Assembly (NCBI GenBank): GCA_045119835.1
Contig: JBGVED010000022.1
Coordinates: forward strand, 27,646 to 51,645
Length of the DNA stretch: 24,000 nucleotides
Reading direction: 5' to 3'
Source: Bacilli bacterium
Lineage (GTDB): Bacteria > Bacillota_I > Bacilli_A > RFN20 > DUOF01
Position 1 is the first letter of the stretch; the number at the start of each line of letters is the position of its first letter. Below the pieces are notes generated by a model that searched no databases, was not told the DNA's origin, and saw only the letters and a list, made by a program, of their open reading frames with translations. A program made the translations under genes and the position numbers. This document shows positions 21,134 through 24,000 of the stretch, piece by piece.

Positions 21134-21770
21134 GGAGGCAGGGGCACATACTTTCACACGAGAGCGCCAAAATTTCCCCCCTTCGGGGGAGATGGCTCCA
21201 CCCTTCGGGCTCGCCCCTCACGGGTCAGGCTCCGCTCCGCTACGCGGAACCTTCGGTTCCACGTGCTCCGCTCCGCAAAAGACAAAACCCAGCTCCGCTA
21301 CGCTGCGCGAAACCTTCGGTTTCACTCAGCTTCGCTCCGCAAAAGACAAAAGCATCGCTCACTACGTTCGCTCACACAAAGGCGTTTGTAATGAGTGTGT
21401 GCTCGCATGCGCTCGCACAAAAGACAAAAACCACAAAAGACAAAGCCTTGCACAAAGGCGTGCTTTATGGTGTTACGCCCACATGTACTGCCCCCTTCGG
21501 GGCCAGTGCCATGGGGCTAACGCTGCACAGGGCACTCAAACAACGAGTGCCTTGCACAAAGGCGTGTTTTATGATAGAGCATGCTCACTGCGTTCGCACA
21601 AAAGCGTTCGTAGTGCGTCTAGCGCGCTTGCGCTTGCACAAAGGCGTGTTCTATGGAAATACGTCTTGCTTATGCAGTCAGTATGTATGGCATTAACGAG
21701 TGCCATAACTGGTCGTGTATACGACATTGACGAGCGCCACACAAAGGCGTGATTTATGATTTTAAAAAAA
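21134..21770 (+). other. GC-rich repeat- and hairpin-dense non-coding island (structured RNA array, promoter/terminator array or replication origin)
   Basis: CACAAAGGCGTG at 21451, 21555, 21637 and 21740 (plus CACAAAGGCGTT at 21375), each followed by NTT(T/C)TATG(G/A). AAAAGACAAA at 21277, 21341, 21419 and 21435. CCTTCGG-centred hairpins at 21177-21189, 21246-21260, 21309-21323 and 21487-21507. Further hairpins at 21686-21707 and 21712-21725. CGAGAGCGC core at 21159-21167. Ends in an A/T tract (21755-21775). Confidence 0.5.
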
Positions 21771-21781
21771 ATTTATTAGGT

Positions 21782-21801
21782 TGTAGGTCGTCGTGCCTAC
21801 A
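21782..21801 (+). promoter_or_regulatory. TCGTCGTG-loop hairpin, copy 1 (leader of the 21820 gene)
   Basis: TGTAGG-TCGTCGTG-CCTACA, preceded by TTAGGT and followed by GGAAATAGGGGT (SD) and the ATG. Confidence 0.55.
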
Positions 21802-21819
21802 GGAAATAGGGGTATAACC

Positions 21820-22497
21820 ATGAAAAATATAGTATTAGTAGCAATGAACAATGTAAGTGTAGCAGTAGTAGCTAATAAAGGACAAAATCAATATAAAGCA
21901 GTTCAAGCTAACAACAGCAAAATAGCATTATTAACTAACTTAAAAACAGTATTATCAGGAATACCAACTAATGATGATTTATCAGCAGAAACAAGACAAA
22001 TTATAATAGGAAGCAAATCTCCAATAATCGGTTTAGTAACAGGTACTTGGAGAGAATATATAAAAACAGGTAAAAACGCTAAAGGCGTAGAAATAGCAGA
22101 AGAAGAATTAGCATTATGGAAACAAGTAGCAGAATTATATGCTAACCGTTGCTTTAATGTTAAATTTACTAGCGACCAATATATAGGCAAAAACGATAAA
22201 GCTACAAAAGACTTAATCAACGTATCTTGGGAATTAGTTAAACAAGAAGTTAGAAAAGCTAATGATATGGCTCAACCAACTCAACCTAAAGTTGCTCAAT
22301 CAGCTCCAGCAGTTAATCCAGTTGTAGCTAAATTACAAGAGCTTATGACTAAAGCATTAGATGAAGGTGACTTCGAAGCTTATGATAAATTAGAAGAAAG
22401 ATTAAACAAATTACAACCAGCTAAAGAAGTTGCAGAAGAACCAGTTAATAATGATCCACTAGAAGGTGCAGAAGAAATGGAATTTGACGCTGAATAA
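21820..22497 (+). CDS. 225-aa protein with an acidic-aromatic C-terminal tail (speculative SSB-like or hub-binding role)
   Basis: ORF-track ORF trimmed to the ATG at 21820 (AGGGG 7 nt upstream). C-terminus NNDPLEGAEEMEFDAE. No fold recognisable by eye. Confidence 0.75.
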   Translation: MKNIVLVAMNNVSVAVVANKGQNQYKAVQANNSKIALLTNLKTVLSGIPTNDDLSAETRQIIIGSKSPIIGLVTGTWREYIKTGKNAKGVEIAEEELALWKQVAELYANRCFNVKFTSDQYIGKNDKATKDLINVSWELVKQEVRKANDMAQPTQPKVAQSAPAVNPVVAKLQELMTKALDEGDFEAYDKLEERLNKLQPAKEVAEEPVNNDPLEGAEEMEFDAE

Positions 22498-22515
22498 TTT
22501 CTAGTAAATTGGCTC

Positions 22516-22549
22516 TTGTGAGTTCGGCCGTAAACTGAAACTCTCACAA
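22516..22549 (+). terminator. Weak hairpin after the 21820 gene
   Basis: TTGTGAG(20-nt loop containing CGGCCG)CTCACAA, followed by an A-rich rather than U-rich tract. Low-confidence terminator. Confidence 0.3.
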
Positions 22550-22564
22550 AATAATTAATTAGGT

Positions 22565-22584
22565 GATAAGTCGTCGTGCTTATC
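22565..22584 (+). promoter_or_regulatory. TCGTCGTG-loop hairpin, copy 2 (leader of the 22604 gene)
   Basis: GATAAG-TCGTCGTG-CTTATC, preceded by TTAGGT and followed by GGAATCAAGGGTG (SD) and the ATG. Confidence 0.55.
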
Positions 22585-22603
22585 GGAATCAAGGGTGATT
22601 AAT

Positions 22604-23407
22604 ATGATGAATCAAATATGTGGAAACAAATTACAAGTTGAAAGCTTAGTTAATACAGTATTTTCTCAAGTATGTGTATTTGCAGAAGAAGAACAAGTAT
22701 TTGCTAGCTTCGAAACAATAGAAGTTGACGATAATACTGTTATGTTAAAATGGGATACAGATAACTTAACTCCAGAAGCTCAATGCATGCTAAACACAGC
22801 TTTATATTACAGATTCCAAGACAAAACTTTATCAAGTGAATTACAAATAGAACATGCTATAGAAAAACCTCTAGAAAATCACATCAGAATCATGTGTAAC
22901 ATCGACAAATATGAAGAAATCGTTGAAGACTACTGTGTATATAACAACATTCCTCAAGCTCATTTTACAGCTTTAATGTATCCTTTATCATTAACTATGG
23001 CAGTAAATAAAGCAGAAGTTATAATGATAAACTTAACTGATGAACAAATGGCAGTTATAAATCGCCAAGGAAAAACTCAAGTTAAAGCTAATGCAATCCA
23101 TGCAAAAGTTAATAACATTGGTACAGCTTTACACACAACTTCTAAAGTGGCTATGAAAGACGTTGTTAACCCATTAGCAGTTAATACTGCAAAAGTTGGT
23201 GCAACTGTTGTTTCTGGTTTAGCTACAACTGCATTAGACTGTGGTATGGCAGTAGCTAATGAAGTACTAAGAGACGTTGCTAAATTCTCTTTATCAGAAG
23301 TTAAAAAGAGAGATGAAGTACAAACTATGAAATATAGCATAAGAAAAATATTAAACAAAACTAATAAACCAACACAAAAACAACAAGCTAACAACTTCAA
23401 CTTATAG
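22604..23407 (+). CDS. Hypothetical protein (267 aa)
   Basis: ORF-track ORF trimmed to the ATG at 22604 (AAGGGTG SD; the track's GTG start lies inside it). No motif recognised. Confidence 0.8.
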   Translation: MMNQICGNKLQVESLVNTVFSQVCVFAEEEQVFASFETIEVDDNTVMLKWDTDNLTPEAQCMLNTALYYRFQDKTLSSELQIEHAIEKPLENHIRIMCNIDKYEEIVEDYCVYNNIPQAHFTALMYPLSLTMAVNKAEVIMINLTDEQMAVINRQGKTQVKANAIHAKVNNIGTALHTTSKVAMKDVVNPLAVNTAKVGATVVSGLATTALDCGMAVANEVLRDVAKFSLSEVKKRDEVQTMKYSIRKILNKTNKPTQKQQANNFNL

Positions 23408-23414
23408 GATAAAT

Positions 23415-23440
23415 GCAGGGGCCACAAACCCCTGCTTATT
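23415..23440 (+). terminator. Intrinsic terminator
   Basis: GCAGGGG-CCACAAA-CCCCTGC followed by TTATTAA (a weak U-tract). Confidence 0.55.
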
Positions 23441-23520
23441 AACATAAGCACAAAAGCGTTCTTCTTGAATCATTAGCTATGCACAAAAACAACAAATTAA
23501 AATTTATAGGAGGTATCCTT

Positions 23521-23745
23521 ATGAGATTAAATAATGATATGTTACAAGCAATACAAGCTATATTTGACAAAAGAAATGATTACTGGTTCATAGACAAAAC
23601 TAAAGATGTAGATGATGACTACTATGAATTCTGTTTGTCAGCTGAGTCTATCTTAGAAGCTTGGGACATACTAAAGTTTGACAGAGACAGATATGATTAC
23701 GTAGCAGGTCCAGAAGGACACGACGACGATTGGATATTCGAATAA
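23521..23745 (+). CDS. Small acidic protein (74 aa)
   Basis: AGGAGG lies 7 nt upstream of the ATG at 23521. Asp/Glu/Trp/Tyr-rich, ending in GHDDDWIFE. Confidence 0.75.
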   Translation: MRLNNDMLQAIQAIFDKRNDYWFIDKTKDVDDDYYEFCLSAESILEAWDILKFDRDRYDYVAGPEGHDDDWIFE

Positions 23746-23749
23746 TAAT

Positions 23750-23915
23750 ATCAGCGCGAGGCCGAAGGCCGAGCGCGTCTTCCCTTTTGAAAGGGATTGA
23801 GGGTTAGGCGCCGAGCGTATAGCGAGGCGCAATAACACATATGATAAACTATAAGCTAGACTTATAGGTTGAACGAGGCGAGCGTAAGCGAGCCGAGTGA
23901 AAAGGCACTCTCACA
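23750..23915 (+). other. GC-rich intergenic segment with GAGCG/GCGAG mirror-type repeats and hairpins
   Basis: GCGAGGCCGAAGGCCGAGCG (inner GGCC-GAA-GGCC hairpin), CCCTT-TTGA-AAGGG hairpin, GCGCC-GAGCGTATAGCGA-GGCGC hairpin, GGCGAGCGTAAGCGAGCC, GAGTG-AAAAGG-CACTC hairpin. Confidence 0.35.
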
Positions 23916-23923
23916 TTTTGAGC

Positions 23924-23994
23924 AAAAGTTTAGTATAACTAGTCCTATACTAGAAGTTTTAGAACACAACTGTGATAAAAGTTTAGTATAACTA
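23924..23994. repeat. Direct repeat AAAAGTTTAGTATAACTA x2 (53-bp spacing)
   Basis: Exact 18-mers at 23924-23941 and 23977-23994. The array may continue past the window end. Confidence 0.6.
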
Positions 23995-24000
23995 AACATA

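Noticed and set aside
21078-21752. 224-aa ORF (and the nested 101-aa ORF 21391..21696) spanning the GC island
   Set aside because: There is no SD, and it overlaps the end of the preceding gene. Its Arg/Ala/His/Ser-rich composition and GC-rich codons are unlike every other gene here. The five nucleotide repeats are read in three different frames (HKGV, LAQRR, HTKA), so conservation is not at the protein level. The open frame is best explained by stop-codon paucity in GC-rich sequence. Proteomics or Ribo-seq could overturn this.
21134-21770. CRISPR array
   Set aside because: The repeats are only about 20 nt and are irregularly spaced (76-104 bp). The sequences between them share sub-repeats, and no cas genes or leader are present.

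Overview
Visibly AT-rich, Firmicute-style phage or prophage DNA (AGGAGG/GGAGG Shine-Dalgarno sites, intrinsic terminators) with two divergent arms. Arm 1 (1-8937, minus strand) is a late/structural tail module. It holds a window-truncated coiled-coil fibre gene, three structural orphans (one with five 27-aa tandem repeats), a Cys-cluster protein and a 1173-aa mosaic tail fibre/spike. The fibre has three near-identical 61-aa HxH modules, YadA-like Gly/Tyr repeats and a C-terminal Peptidase_G2-type 'ADYAEYFEW' autoprocessing domain. A ~470-bp divergent control region (8938-9411) holds a perfect 17-bp inverted repeat, three ~58-bp tandem repeats and a structured leader. Arm 2 (9412-23745, plus strand) carries 15 mostly orphan early/middle genes in short terminator-bounded cassettes. 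The best-supported calls there are: a compact 659-aa two-barrel RNA polymerase with the RdRP/QDE-1/YonO motif series ending in a DxDxD site (DCDFD); an ImmA/IrrE-like HExxH metallopeptidase with a hyper-acidic tail; a Pol-beta-superfamily nucleotidyltransferase; and two paralogous H...ST...E (possibly ART-fold) proteins. The most unusual property is non-coding. The plus-arm intergenic regions are conspicuously GC-rich and hairpin-dense (10123-10627, 13640-13828, 15871-16017, 21134-21770, 23750-23915). They carry repeated RNA-like motifs with compensatory base changes between copies: a two-hairpin motif ahead of the polymerase gene and its neighbour, and a TCGTCGTG-loop hairpin ahead of two other genes. 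There is also a ~640-bp GC island with five copies of CACAAAGGCGTG-NTTTATG and several CCTTCGG hairpins. Three proteins, including the polymerase, end in a shared acidic-aromatic peptide (LGNTDD[IM]E[WF]). Together this looks like a phage-autonomous transcription/regulatory system (non-canonical RNAP plus dedicated cis-elements or structured RNAs) that I cannot match to a described one. No rRNA, tRNA, CRISPR array, integrase or transposase was recognised.
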